A stretch of 64,000 nt of DNA, taken from contig CM052816.1 in the NCBI GenBank assembly GCA_028534125.1, positions 19,408,001-19,472,000 of the forward strand, read 5' to 3'. The position numbers and the translations under genes are program-made. The notes beneath the pieces were generated by a model that searched no databases, was not told the DNA's origin, and worked only from the letters and a program-made list of their open reading frames with translations. This DNA is from Lama glama (taxonomy: Eukaryota). This document shows, piece by piece, positions 43,980-55,639 of this stretch (its first letter is position 1; each line of letters opens with the position of its first letter).

Positions 43980-44500
43980 GCTCTCCTTAGTGTGGGAAGC
44001 CACTGCAGGAACCCATGGAAAGGCAGATGGTGATGGAGAAAAGATGATGGCTGTCAGGGTGAAAAGACATGGGCAAGCCAATAACGATCTAGGAGGCCAC
44101 ACTACAGGACTACAGAGAGAGGAGTCAAAGCCGACACTCAAATTTATGACTTGGCAGTTGAATGGGGGTGGGAGACACCCATTACCAAAAGACAGAATAC
44201 AGGAGGAGGAGTCAGGTTGGGGATTTGAGAGTGGAGGTGGGAGGAGAGAGATGACTTTCAGTTGAAATGTGTTGAGTCTAAGGAGCACGTGAAATATCCA
44301 GGAAGCAGTGAGGTCCAAAGTTCAAAGAGGGAGGTGTGGGCAGATGAAGAGCCCTGAAAAGTGGAAAAGGTCACCCAGAGAGAACGTAAGGAGGGAGAAG
44401 AGATGGGAACTGAGGACAGAGTCCTGAGAAAACCACACTCATGGGCCAGGCAAAGACAACATACACCCGAGAAGTCACGCCCAAGAGGCTGGAGGAAAAC
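43980..44500 (-). mobile_element. L2 LINE fragment (old)
   Basis: Purine-rich reversed L2 motifs (gactttcagttgaaatgtgttgagtctaagg...gaaatatccagg; gaactgaggacagagtcctgag); approximate. Confidence 0.55.
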
Positions 44501-45209
44501 CAAGAGGAACTGGTAACGGGAGGTTGCTGGCAACCTCAGAGAGGCTAGTGACTGTGGAGCTGAGGGAGGAAGACTGGGCATAAATGACAGATAAGGAAGT
44601 GGGGCCTGGGAGCACAGACATGGTGCCTCGCCACGAAGAGAAGGAGCAGGAGGACGGGACTCTGTTGTTTGGGAGAAGACGCACACCAGGTGTATGACAA
44701 CATAACAGCAAGACATGAATTAACGGGGTTTGCGGCTGGAGGCGCTCTTTACCACCCCCCTTTTCTTCTCTACCCAGGTCCCTGAGTGTCAGTCCTAGGC
44801 CCTAGATAGACAGACCCCCAGCTGTGCTAGGGGCAACCTCTTCAGCAGAACAGGCTGACACACCCTAACTGATCAAATAGGTCCAAACCAGCCCCTTCCT
44901 GGAGAAGCATGGATGCTGAGTGCAGAGCCAGGGCCAACACACTGTGGTCAGGATAAAGGCCCAAGGGCAGGCTTGAGTCACCTCTGAGGCTTGTTCTGAA
45001 ACCTGTGAGTCAAGTGAAGACTGGTCACCCCCGGACTTCTGGGGAGGAGCAGCACTTCCAGGGCTGCCTGAACAATAATGAGACCGTCCCATCAAGAGAA
45101 GCAGGAGACTCTTAGTTTTGGGGGAAAGCAGTGAGTAGCCAGGACCACCAAAGATCTGGAGACTCCTAGGCATGTAGTTCAAACCCTATAGTATGGGATA
45201 GAGGAAAAG

Positions 45210-45353
45210 ACCAGATGGCCTCTGGAGTCAGACGCATCTTTGAAAGCTCAGCTCTGGCATCTGACTACTGAGCGACCGTGTGCCTCAACTTCTTCATCTG
45301 TAAAATGGAGCTAATACCTTTCCTACCATTGTTTTAAGATTAAATGAGGTAAT
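45210..45353 (+). mobile_element. MIR SINE interrupted by an L1 (continues briefly after 45773)
   Basis: ctggagtcagac...gtgcctcaacttcttcatctgtaaaatggagctaata...aagattaaatgaggtaat. Confidence 0.7.
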
Positions 45354-45772
45354 TAGAGATTATCATACTAAGCGAAGTAAGCCAGAAAAAGACAAATACC
45401 ATATGCTATCACTTATATGTGGAATCTTAAAAAATGACATGAATGAATTTATTTGTGAAATCAAAACAGACTCACAGACGTAGAAAACAAACTTATAGTT
45501 ACCAGTGGGGAAGGACATAGGAAGAGATAAACTGGGAGGTTGAGATTTATAGATACTAATTACTATATATAAAACAGATAAACAACAAGTTTCTCCTGTA
45601 TAGAACAGGGAACTATATTCAATATCTTATACTAACCTATAATGAAAAACAATATGAAAACAAATATATGTACATACATGTATGACTGAAACATTATGCT
45701 GTACACCAGAAATTGACACATTGTAAACTGACTATACTTCGATTAAAAATTTTTAATTTAATTTTTAAAAAA
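45354..45772 (+). mobile_element. 5'-truncated L1 3' end inserted in a MIR
   Basis: L1 3' UTR motifs; 18-bp TSD aagattaaatgagRtaat at 45336-45353 and 45773-45790 (1 mismatch). Confidence 0.88.
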
Positions 45773-45926
45773 AAGATTAAATGAGATAATATAGGTAAGA
45801 ATCAATCTGCTACAAGGAGGATGCAATCGCTGGGTGAGAGTGTTGGCAATATTACATCATCGGGGCTGCTGAGCAGATCAGCCCTATGCCCTGCACTCCC
45901 AGAACACAGCGTCCCCGGATACTTAC

Positions 45927-46166
45927 CCTCATGCCGCGGCTGTAGGTGATAATCTTAAGAATGCGCAGGGACTGAATGCCTTGAGCAATGTTTATGTAGG
46001 GGTAGTATATGCCCATGATCTTGGGGATAATGTGGGGGATGAAGACAATGAAGAAAATGACCACGTCCAGCAGGTTGTAGCCATCCTCCCAGAAGCCGAT
46101 GGGGTCTGCGTAGAGCTTGATGATGAACTCGGAGATATATATTGCCAGAAAGAAGAACTCTGAGGC
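45927..46166 (-). CDS. CATSPER3: CATSPER3 exon 3 (240 nt; S2-S4)
   Basis: ccacag|GCC...AGG|gtaagt; ASEFFFLAIYISEFIIKLYADPIGFWEDGYNLLDVVIFFIVFIPHIIPKIMGIYYPYINIAQGIQSLRILKIITYSRGMR; exons 3-8 join without stops; exon numbering assumes the 8-exon human structure. Confidence 0.95.
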
Positions 46167-47139
46167 CTGTGGGGTGGCAAAGTTTGAAGAGTCAGACCAA
46201 GCTGCATATCTTCTCCCTGCCTGGGTCCCCCAGTCAGGTATGTATGTGTACCCCTAAATCACCCACATTAGACAGAAACCAAGCAGAGTCCATGGAATCA
46301 GACTGTGTCTGATTCGCTTCTACGTCTTCCCTATCCTGTGGCCCTAACCCTAGGGTTTGAACCAGGGCGCTTGGAAACCACTGACAGACAGGATGACTAC
46401 CTACGCATCTCAGGCAACCTGCATGTGTTTCCCAAGAGAAGACCCCAAGAATCTAATATCCAGACTTTGGGGAATATAGTTGAACTACTGAGATATCCAC
46501 TTGTCTTTCTCTTTCTGGGTTATATCACTTAGTCTGATAATCTCTAATTATCTCATTTAATCTTAAAACAGTGGTGATGTGAACTGATTTACATTTTTAA
46601 GAGATCTTGGTGGAACAGAGACTATGGGGGAGCTGGCAGGAATAGCAACTGGGAGGCAGGTTAGGGAGGAGGCCATAGATGGTAGAAGAATGACTTTTAG
46701 CAGTCATCCGTACAAGAGATGAGGCTGGAGTGCAATGCATCGGGTGAGAGTGCAGAGAGGAAAAGAAAAGGACAGATTCTGGATGGGCTGTGTAGGCAGC
46801 AATGAGAGGACTTGCTGATGGACTCGGGGATGCACAGCAAAGAGAGAAGGCAAGGAAGACTCTGGTGTTTCAGACAGAGCAATTGGGTAAACGTGGATGC
46901 TTTTAAGTGAGATGAGTTTGGGGTGGGTTGAAGTGGGGCTAGAGAGAGTTTCTGCAGGGAAATAAAAAGGCTTTTGAGATATACCACCTTTTAAATATAT
47001 GTCAGATGCTGTCACTGGAAATTGTAGCTCCAGCCACAACTATTCATTTGGATAGCATGAGGGTAGTGTTACTTGTCCGATATACTTGTATTTGAGATCT
47101 CCACATGGCAACCATTTACATATACTTTTATGTTTGTTA

Positions 47140-47586
47140 ACTACGATGTAACATTTAAGATACACAAAAAGGTATAAAGAATAATATAATGAACAACCCT
47201 ACACTACCACCCAGCTTAGGAAATCAAATGTTACTATTCTAGGCAGTGCCTCTCATTGATCAAATCCCCTTCCCTTCCCACAAAAATAATCCTGTTGTAA
47301 ATCTGGAGTATGTCTTGCTCATGTATTTTATACTTTTACCACATACGTATCCCTAAAAGTACATTGTTTTGAATTTTTTATACACTACATAAATTGCATA
47401 TATAATAAAGTATTCTTCAGGCAATTTTTTTCATTTAAAATTGTAAGATTCATCCACGTTGATATATGTAAACCTAGTTGAGTGTTTCACCACTTTTTTG
47501 CAATTCTGTTTATGAAAATACTATAATTTATTTATCCAGTTACCCGCTGAGTGATAGAGTGATACCTAGCATGTTTGTAATTTTCT
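47140..47586 (-). mobile_element. Old L1M (L1ME-like) 3' region hosting the young L1 and PLP2 insertions; resumes after 51422 and about 52135-53130
   Basis: Diverged reversed L1M motifs (ccacccagctta; agattcatccacgttg; aatttatttatcca). Confidence 0.6.
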
Positions 47587-47865
47587 TTTCTTTTCTTTTT
47601 TTTTTTATAAAGGGCAGCTCTTTGGAAAGGGACAGATGCAACCTGGGTGGAGTTGGGCCTTTAGGTCCACATGGGTACATGTACATGTGAAGCCCCTAAT
47701 GTTACAGAGCAGAGCCAGACATGCAGAGACTTCCACTGGTACTCTTGTGACAGACTTCACAAGGTTAGAGCCAAATATTGCCTTATTTTTTTTATATGCC
47801 TGGCATACTGTTGGTAGGTGACTCTTCAACTAATCTTAGAGATTCTTAAGGGCAAGAGCTTTAGC

Positions 47866-50800
47866 TTTTTTTAACATTTTTTTTACTGAGTTATAGTCAT
47901 TTTAAAATGTTGTGTCAAATTCCAGTTTAGAGCACAATTTTTCAGTTATACATGAGCATACATATATTCATTGTCACATTTTTTCTTGCTGTGAGCTACC
48001 ACAAGATCTTGTATATAATTCCGTGTGCTCTACAGTATAATCTTGTTTATCTATTCTACATTTTGAAATCTCAGTCTGTCCCTTCCCAGCCCCCGCCTCC
48101 TTGGCAACCACAAGTTTGTATTCTATGTCTGTGAGTCTGTTTCTGTTTTGTATTTATGTTCCTTTTTCTTTTGATTCCACATATGAGCGATCTCATATGG
48201 TATTTTTCTTTCTCTTTCTGGCTTACTTCACTTAGAATGACACTCTCCAGGAACATCCGTTTTGCTGCAAATGGCATTATGTTGTCGGTTTTTATGGCTG
48301 AATAGTATTCCATTGTATAAATACACCACTTCTTCTTTATCCAGTCATCTGTTGATGGACATTTAGGCTGCTTCCATGTCTTGGCTATTGTAAATAGTGC
48401 TGCTATGAACATTGGGGTGCAGGTGTCATTTTGAAGTAGGGTTCCTTCTGGATATATGCCCAGGAGCGGGANNNNNNNNNNNNNNNNNNNNNNNNNNNNN
48501 NNNNNNNNNNNNNNNNNNNNNNNNNNNNNNNNNNNNNNNNNNNNNNNNNNNNNNNNNNNNNNNNNNNNNNNNNNNNNNNNNNNNNNNNNNNNNNNNNNNN
48601 NNNNNNNNNNNNNNNNNNNNNNNNNNNNNNNNNNNNNNNNNNNNNNNNNNNNNNNNNNNNNNNNNNNNNNNNNNNNNNNNNNNNNNNNNNNNNNNNNNNN
48701 NNNNNNNNNNNNNNNNNNNNNNNNNNNNNNNNNNNNNNNNNNNNNNNNNNNNNNNNNNNNNNNNNNNNNNNNNNNNNNNNNNNNNNNNNNNNNNNNNNNN
48801 NNNNNNNNNNNNNNNNNNNNNNNNNNNNNNNNNNNNNNNNNNNNNNNNNNNNNNNNNNNNNNNNNNNNNNNNNNNNNNNNNNNNNNNNNNNNNNNNNNNN
48901 NNNNNNNNNNNNNNNNNNNNNNNNNNNNNNNNNNNNNNNNNNNNNNNNNNNNNNNNNNNNNNNNNNNNNNNAGGGAGTGTTCTAGCTTCGTTGATTTACA
49001 TGCTGCTGTCCAGTTTTCCCAACACCATTTGCTGAAGAGACTGTTTTTATTCCATTGTATATTCTTGCCTCCTTTGTTGAAGATCAGTTGACCAAAAGTT
49101 TGTGGGTTCATTTCTGGGCTCTCTATTCTGTTCCATTGGTCCATGTGTCTGTTTTTGTACCAATACCATGCCATCTTGGTTACTGTAGCTCTGTAGTATT
49201 GTCTGAAGTCTGGGAAAGTTATTCCTCCAGCCTCTTTTTCTTCAGTAATGCTTTGGCAATTCTAGGTCTTTTGTGGTTCCATACAAATTTTACTACAATT
49301 GTTCTAGTTCTGTGAAATATGTCCTGGGTAATTTGATAGGGATTGCATTAAACCCGTAGATTGCCTTGGGCAGTATGACCATTTTAACAATATTGATTCT
49401 TCCAATCCAGGAGCATAGGATAACTTTCCATTTTTTTAATTCTTCTTTTATTTCCTTAATCAATGTTTTATAATTTTCCATGTATAACTCTTTCACCTCC
49501 TTGGTTAGATTTATTCCTAGGTATTTGATTACTTTGGGTGCTATTGTAAAGGGGATTATTTCTTTACTTTCTTTTTCTGTTGAGTCATCATTAGTGTAAA
49601 GAAATGCAACTGATTTTTGAATGTTAATCTTGTAACCTGCTACCTTGCTGAATTCTTCGATTAGTTCTAGTAGTTTTTGTGTGGACCTTTTAGGGTTTTC
49701 TATATATAGTATCATGTCATCTGCATACAGTGACACTTTTATCTCTTCTTTTCCAATTTGGATCCCTTTTATTTCTCTCTCTTGCCTGATTGCTGTGGCT
49801 AGGACTTCCAAGACTATGTTGAATAGCAGTGGTGATAGTGGGCAGCCTTGTCTTGTCGCAGATTTTAGTGGGAAGCTTTTGAGTTTTTCACCGTTGAGTA
49901 CTATGCTGGCTGTAGGCTTATCATATATAGCTTTTATTATGCTGAGATATGTTCCCTCTACACCCACTTTGGTGAGAATTTTTATCATAAATGGGTGTTG
50001 AATTTTATCAAAAGCTTTTTCTGCATCTATTGAGATGATCATGTGGCTTTTGTCCTTTCTCTTGTTGATGTGATGTATTACATTGATTGATTAGCATATG
50101 TTGAACCATCCTTGTGTCCCTGGGATGAACCCCACTTGATCATGATGTATAATCTTTTTTATGTGCTGTTGGATTCTATTTGCTAGTATTTTGGTAAGAA
50201 TTTTTGCATTACGTCCATCAGTGATATTGGTCTGTAATTCTCTTTTTTGGTGGTGTCTTTGCCTGGTTTTGGTTTCAGGGTGATGGTGGCGTCATAGAAT
50301 GAGTTTGGGAGTATTCCCTCTTTTTCAGTCTTCTGGAAGAGTTTGAGAAGGACTGGTAGGAGTTCTTCTTTGTATGTTTGGTAGAATTCCCCGGTGAAGC
50401 TGTCTGGTCCTGGACTTTTATTTGTAGGGAGGTTTTTTTATTGCTATTTCGATTTCATTTTTAGTGATCAGTTTGTTCAAGTGGTCAGTTTCTTCTTGAC
50501 TCAGTCTTGGTGGACTGTATGTTTCCAGAAACTTGTCCATCTCCTCTAGGTTAGCCATTTTGGTTCCATATAGTTTTTCATAATATTCTCATATGATATT
50601 CTGTATTTCTATGTTATTTGTTGTAATTTCTCCATTTTCCTTTCTTATTTTGCTTATTTGTGCTCTTTTTTCTTCTTTGTGAGTTTAGCCAGAAGTTTGT
50701 CAATTTTATTTACTCTTTCAAAAAACCAGCTTTTGGTTTGATTGATTTTTTCTTTTTTTTTCAATCTCTATTTTATTCATTTCATCCCTGATCTTTATTA

Positions 50801-51408
50801 TTTCCTTCCTTCTGCTGACTTTTGGGTGTTTCTGCTCTTCTTTTTCTAATTCTTTTAGCTGGTGGATTATATCGTTTATTTGAGATTGTTCTTCCTTTTT
50901 GAAGAAGGCCTGTATCGCTATAAACTTCCCTCTTAGCACTGCCTTTGCTGCGTCCCATAAATTGTGTGGTTGTATTTTCATTTTCATTTATCTCAAGGTA
51001 TTTTTTCATTTCAACTTTGATTTCATCATTGACCCATTGGTTTTTTTTTAATAGTATGCTGTTTAATCTCCATGCTTTCCTTTTTTTTATCCTTTGTTTC
51101 TCTGTAGTTGATTTCTAGTTTCACGGCATTGTGGTCAGTAAAGATGCTTGAGATAACTTCTATCTTCTTAAAATTGTTGAGGCTTCTTTTGTGCCCAAGT
51201 ACATGATCAATCCTAGAAAATGTTCCATGTGACCTTGAAAAGAATGTATATCCTATTTTTGGGGGGTGTAATGCTCTGAAAATATCCACCAATCTAATTT
51301 TTCTATTGTATCATTTAGTTTCTCTGTTGCCTTATTTATTTTCTGTCTAGAAGATCTGTTTAGTGATGTTAATGCAGTGTTAAAATCTCCAACAATGACT
51401 GTATTCCC
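47866..51408 (-). mobile_element. Young 5'-truncated L1: ORF2 from the endonuclease domain to the 3' UTR, with frameshifts and stops
   Basis: ORF pieces IVGDFN (endonuclease), [36 protein letters not shown]...RQGCPLSP...YADD...KYLGINL, C-terminal TCTPMFIAALFTIAKTW; 14-bp TSD gtttgtaattttct at 47573-47586 and 51409-51422. Confidence 0.95.
48472..48971. other. Assembly gap (500 N) inside the young L1
   Basis: Run of N; the round length suggests a placeholder size. Confidence 1.
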
Positions 51409-51509
51409 GTTTGTAATTTTCTACTACTGCAAACACTATGAAAGTACAAAAAGTTTGAGCCAGACTGCAGGGCCATTTAAAAGGCAAATTTGAGTCTTAT
51501 TCCCAGATT

Positions 51510-52135
51510 AGGAGCAAGACAGTGAGTGTGCAGTGTCCTCGAACCTGTTAGCCAGTGACAAGACCCTCCATGCCCCCTAAGGATTGCAGTCAACACCACA
51601 GGGGATCCTGGCTGCTTTTCAGGTCCCCAGCTGCTGAGCCACCTGCACCAACATTTCAAGCACCCAAAAGGGAATTCTCCCATTTGCTAAGACTATATTG
51701 TGCCTGGTTATTTCAATCTGCCTGGACATCAGGATACTAGTTCCTGTCAGTAATTGAGATGGTCTTTGCCACTATCTTCTTTATCATCTACATGTGTTAC
51801 CTGCACACCAACACACAGATTATCAACTGGCCTTGGAGTGATCTCTTCCAAACCCTCACAGCGGCCATCCTCTACCTGACCATCTCCTTGCTGAGAGAGG
51901 AAACCACTCCAAAATCCTTGCAGAGGTCCTGGGCCTAATCACTGCGTGCCTCTTTGGCTATAATGGCTGCATTACCTTTTCCGTGTAGCAGCAAAGACAC
52001 TGCAGCCCCACTGATCCTGCAGATGGCTGGGTGTAGTAAACTGCCTTCATTTCTCTCCGAAACCTGCAAATAACACCTCTGTGGAAATAACTCCTCCCTG
52101 CCCCTACCACACTGCCAGCCAACTCCTAAACCCAC
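51510..52135 (+). pseudogene. PLP2: Processed pseudogene of proteolipid protein 2 (decayed CDS about 51598-52036 plus UTR remnants)
   Basis: Intronless reading CTNISSTQKGILPFAKTILCLVI...GY*FLSVIEMVFATIFFIIYMCYLHTNTQIINWPWSDLFQTLTAAILYL...ERGNHSKILAEVLGLITACLFGY...TDPADGWV*; start codon lost; stops at 51635, 51738, 51986; frameshifts. Confidence 0.9.
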
Positions 52136-53130
52136 GTTTTACTGTACACACGTGTACACTCTGTTCCATGCCTAGAAGCAGAATTACAGAACTGTAGAAC
52201 ATCAGCATCTTCAGCTTCACTGGATGTTGCCAAATTGTTTTCTGAAGCTATTGTGCCAATTTACTTTGGTATATTAGCTATGTTCCTAATGGGTTTTTTT
52301 ACATTCTCACAAACACTTCCTACTGTTGGACTTCTTAATTTTTGTCAGTCTGATGAATATGAAATGGTATCTTATTTTTCATTTTAATCGTTATTTTTCT
52401 AATTGTTAATGAAGTTGGGCATCTTTTTATACATTTAAAGTGTAAACTGCCTGTTTCTAATCTGTTGCCAAATTTCAGCTGGATTGTTTTGTCTTTTTCT
52501 TATTGATCTGGAAGACAGTATTTCACATACTTTGAATTCTAATCCTTTACCTGTTATATGTGTTTCAAATAGCTTCTCCTATACTGACTTATCTTTTCAC
52601 CTTTTTAATGATCTTCTGATGAATAGAATTTTTAAGGTCTAATGGAATTAAATTAACCAAACTTTTTCTTCATGGCTTGTGTATTTCATATCTTATGAAA
52701 ACTTTCCCTCCTGAGATCATATAAATCTTCTATATTTTCTTGTAAACATTTTAAAGTTTCACTTTTCAAGTTAGCCCTTTACTCTAGCTGTGTACACAAG
52801 AACGTAGAGGTCTAATCATGTTTTTATTCTATATGTACTGTTTATGAAGAATCTGTCCTTCCAGCACTCATCCTCAGTGCCACCTACAGGCACCAGGTTT
52901 CTGTACTAGCCAGGTCTGTTTCTGAGCGCTCTCTACTTTTCCACTGGTCTCTGTCTACCTATGCATCGTCACCCTGTCTTAATTATTAGAGCCTTATAGA
53001 ATGTCTTTTTATCTGGTAAGCCAAGCCTTCTCTTCCTTTAACTTTCAAAATCACCTTAATTTTTCTTTGTCTTTCACTCCTTTATCTAAATTTTAACATC
53101 AGCTTTTGGCGACCCATAAAAAGTCCTGCC

Positions 53131-53660
53131 AAACCCTCGTACACTGTTGCTGGAAATGTAATGTTACAGCTACTATGGAGGACAGTATGGAGGTTCCTTA
53201 AAAAACTAAAAATAGAGTTACTATATGATCCAGCAATCCCATCCCTGGGTATATATCTGGAGAAAAATATAATTCAAAAAAACAACATGCACCTCAATGC
53301 TCACAGCAGCACTATTTACAATAGCCAAGACATGGAAACAACCTAAATGTCCATCAACAGATGACTGCATAAAGAAGTTGTGGTATATATAAAAAATGGA
53401 ATACTGCTCAGCCATAAAAAATAAAATAAAATAATACCATTTGCAGCAACATGGATGGACCCAGAGATCATCATTCTAAGTGAAGTAATCCACAAAGAGA
53501 AAGAAAAATGCCATATGATACCACTTAAATGTGGAATCTGAAAAAAAAAGACACAAATAAACTTATTTACAAAACCGAAACACTCACAGACATAGAAAAC
53601 AAACTTACAGTTATTGGGGTAAAGGGGATGGGAAGGGATAAATTGGGAGTTCAAAATTTG
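53131..53660 (+). mobile_element. L1 3' region (5'-truncated), followed by an older L1M 3' end to about 53825
   Basis: ccctcgtacactgttg...tatgatccagcaatccc...caacctaaatgtccatcaacagatg...gggaagggataaattgggagtt. Confidence 0.85.
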
Positions 53661-53974
53661 TACCTTTGGGGGAGTGATGGAAATGTTAGGTATCTTGACT
53701 GTGGTAGTAGTTTCATAGGTGTTTACATCTATCAAAATTCATCAAATTGTACACCTGAAATATGTGTAGTTTACTGTATAGACATTATATCACAATAAAG
53801 TTGTTTAAAAAATTTTTTTAAACAAAAAACAAAAAAAATTGTGATTATTGTTCTTTCTCACTTACTCTCCCCCCGTTCTTTTTCCTTTTTTTGGAGTATA
53901 TTAAGGCAAATCGTACAAAATATAATTTCAACCCAAAATACTTCAGTACAAATCCTTATTTTAAAAGCATCTCC

Positions 53975-54564
53975 TGACACCTGCACCCCAATGTTCATAG
54001 CAGCACTATTTACAATAGCCAAAACATGGAAACAGCCTAAATGTCCATCAACAGGTGACTGGATAAAGAAGATGTGGTATATTTATACAATGGAATTCTA
54101 TTCAGCCATAAAAACCGACAACATAATGCCATTTGCAGCAAAACGGATGTTCCTGGAGAGTGTCATTCTAAGTGAAGTAAGCCAGAAAGAGAAAGAAAAA
54201 TACCATATGAGATCGCTCATATGTGGAATCTAAAAAACAAAAATAAAAACAAACAAACAAACAAAAACAAAGCATAAATACAGGACAGAAATAGACTCAC
54301 AGAGAATACAGACTTGTGGTTACCAGGGGGGTGGAGGGTGGGAAGGGATAGACTGGGATTTTAAAATTGTAGAATAGATAAACAAGATTACACTGTATAG
54401 CACACACGGAAATATACACAAAATGTTATGATAACTCACAGAGAAAAAAATGTGACAATGAGTGTGTATATGTCCATGAATGACTGAAAAATTGTGCTGA
54501 ACACTGGAATTTGACACAACATAGTAAAATGATTATAAATCAATAAAAAATGTTAAAAAAAAAA
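53975..54564 (+). mobile_element. Young 5'-truncated L1 3' end
   Basis: L1 C-terminus and 3' UTR, AATAAA plus A tail; 13-bp TSD taaaagcatctcc at 53962-53974 and 54565-54577 at a TTTT/AAAA endonuclease site. Confidence 0.93.
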
Positions 54565-54657
54565 TAAAAGCATCTCCATGATGCTGTTATAGCCATTAAT
54601 TAATTATTTAAAATACATAAAAATCCTGCTAGACTTCTTATTGAAATTACATTGGTT

Positions 54658-55490
54658 CTTTTGTTGTTGTTTTTTGCTGTTTTTTTTAATGAAGTACAGT
54701 CAATTACAATGTGTCAATTTCTTGTGTCCAGCACAATGTCCCAGCCATGCATATACATACATATATTCATTTTCCTTAAAGGTTACTATAAGATATTGAA
54801 TGTAGTTTCCTGTGTTATACAGCAGAAACTTTCTAAACCTATTTTTATATATAGTGGCTAACATTTGGAAATCTCAGACTCCCAAATTTATCCCTTCCCA
54901 CCCTCTTTCCCCAGTAACCATAAGATTGTTTACTATGTCTGCAAGTCTGTTTCTATTTTGTAGATGAGTTGAGTTAGAGTTCCCTCCGGATATATACCCA
55001 GGAGTGGGACTCTTGGATCATATGGTAAGTCTAATTTTAGTTTTTGAGGACTCTCCATTGTGTCTTCCATGATGGCTGCACCAAACTACATTCCCACCAA
55101 CACTGTAGGAGGGTTCCCTTTTCTCGGCATACCCTCCAGTGTTTACCGTTCATGGACTTTTGAATTATGGCCATTCTGACTGGTGTGAGGTGATACCTCA
55201 TTGTAGTTTTGATTTGCATTTCTCTGATAATTAGTGATATTGAGCTTTTTTTCCTGTGCCTATTGGCCACTTGTAAGTCTTCATTGGAGAATTGCTTGTT
55301 TAGGTCCTCTGCCCATTTTTGGATTGGGTTGTTTGTTTTTTTGTTATTAAGCTGTATGAGCTGTTTATATATTCTGGAAATTAAGCCTTTGTCTGTTGCA
55401 TCATTTGCAAATATTTTCTCCCATTCTGTAGGTTGTCATTTTGTTTTGCTTATAGTTTCCTTGGCTGTGCAAAACCCTGTAAGTTTGCTT
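54658..55490 (-). mobile_element. L1 3' region with an apparent internal deletion near 54975
   Basis: Reverse L1 3' UTR, then ORF2 C-terminal MANRH...[22 protein letters not shown]. Confidence 0.88.
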
Positions 55491-55520
55491 TTTTTTTTTT
55501 TAATAAAAAGCTTATGTTTC

Positions 55521-55639
55521 TTTGGGGGAGGCAGCAATTAGGTTTATTTTTGTTTTTTTTAAATGGAGGTACTGGGAATTGAACCCAGAACCTCATGAAT
55601 GCGAAGCATGTGCTCTACCACTGAGCTACACCCACCCCC
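55521..55639 (-). mobile_element. tRNA-derived camelid SINE (vic-1-like), full head
   Basis: Reverse reads GGGGTGGGTGTAGCTCAGTGGTAGAGCACATGC...GGTTCAATTCCCAGTACCTCCATTTAAAA...AATAAACCTAATTGC. Confidence 0.88.

Noticed and set aside
45930..45980. Few basic residues in the CATSPER3 S4 segment (QSLRILKIITYSR)
   Set aside because: A reduced S4 charge is a known feature of CatSper3, not a lesion.
37201..46166. CATSPER3 exons 3-8 total 945 nt, the same as the PITX1 CDS
   Set aside because: Numerical coincidence with no sequence relationship.
48071..49174. 367-aa ORF and the two + strand ORFs spanning X runs
   Set aside because: Their length is an artefact of translating through the N gap; the flanks are L1 ORF2.
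49293..50042. Reverse-transcriptase ORF as a possible novel RT system
   Set aside because: An ordinary fragment of a 5'-truncated, frameshifted L1 ORF2 with no ORF1 or promoter.
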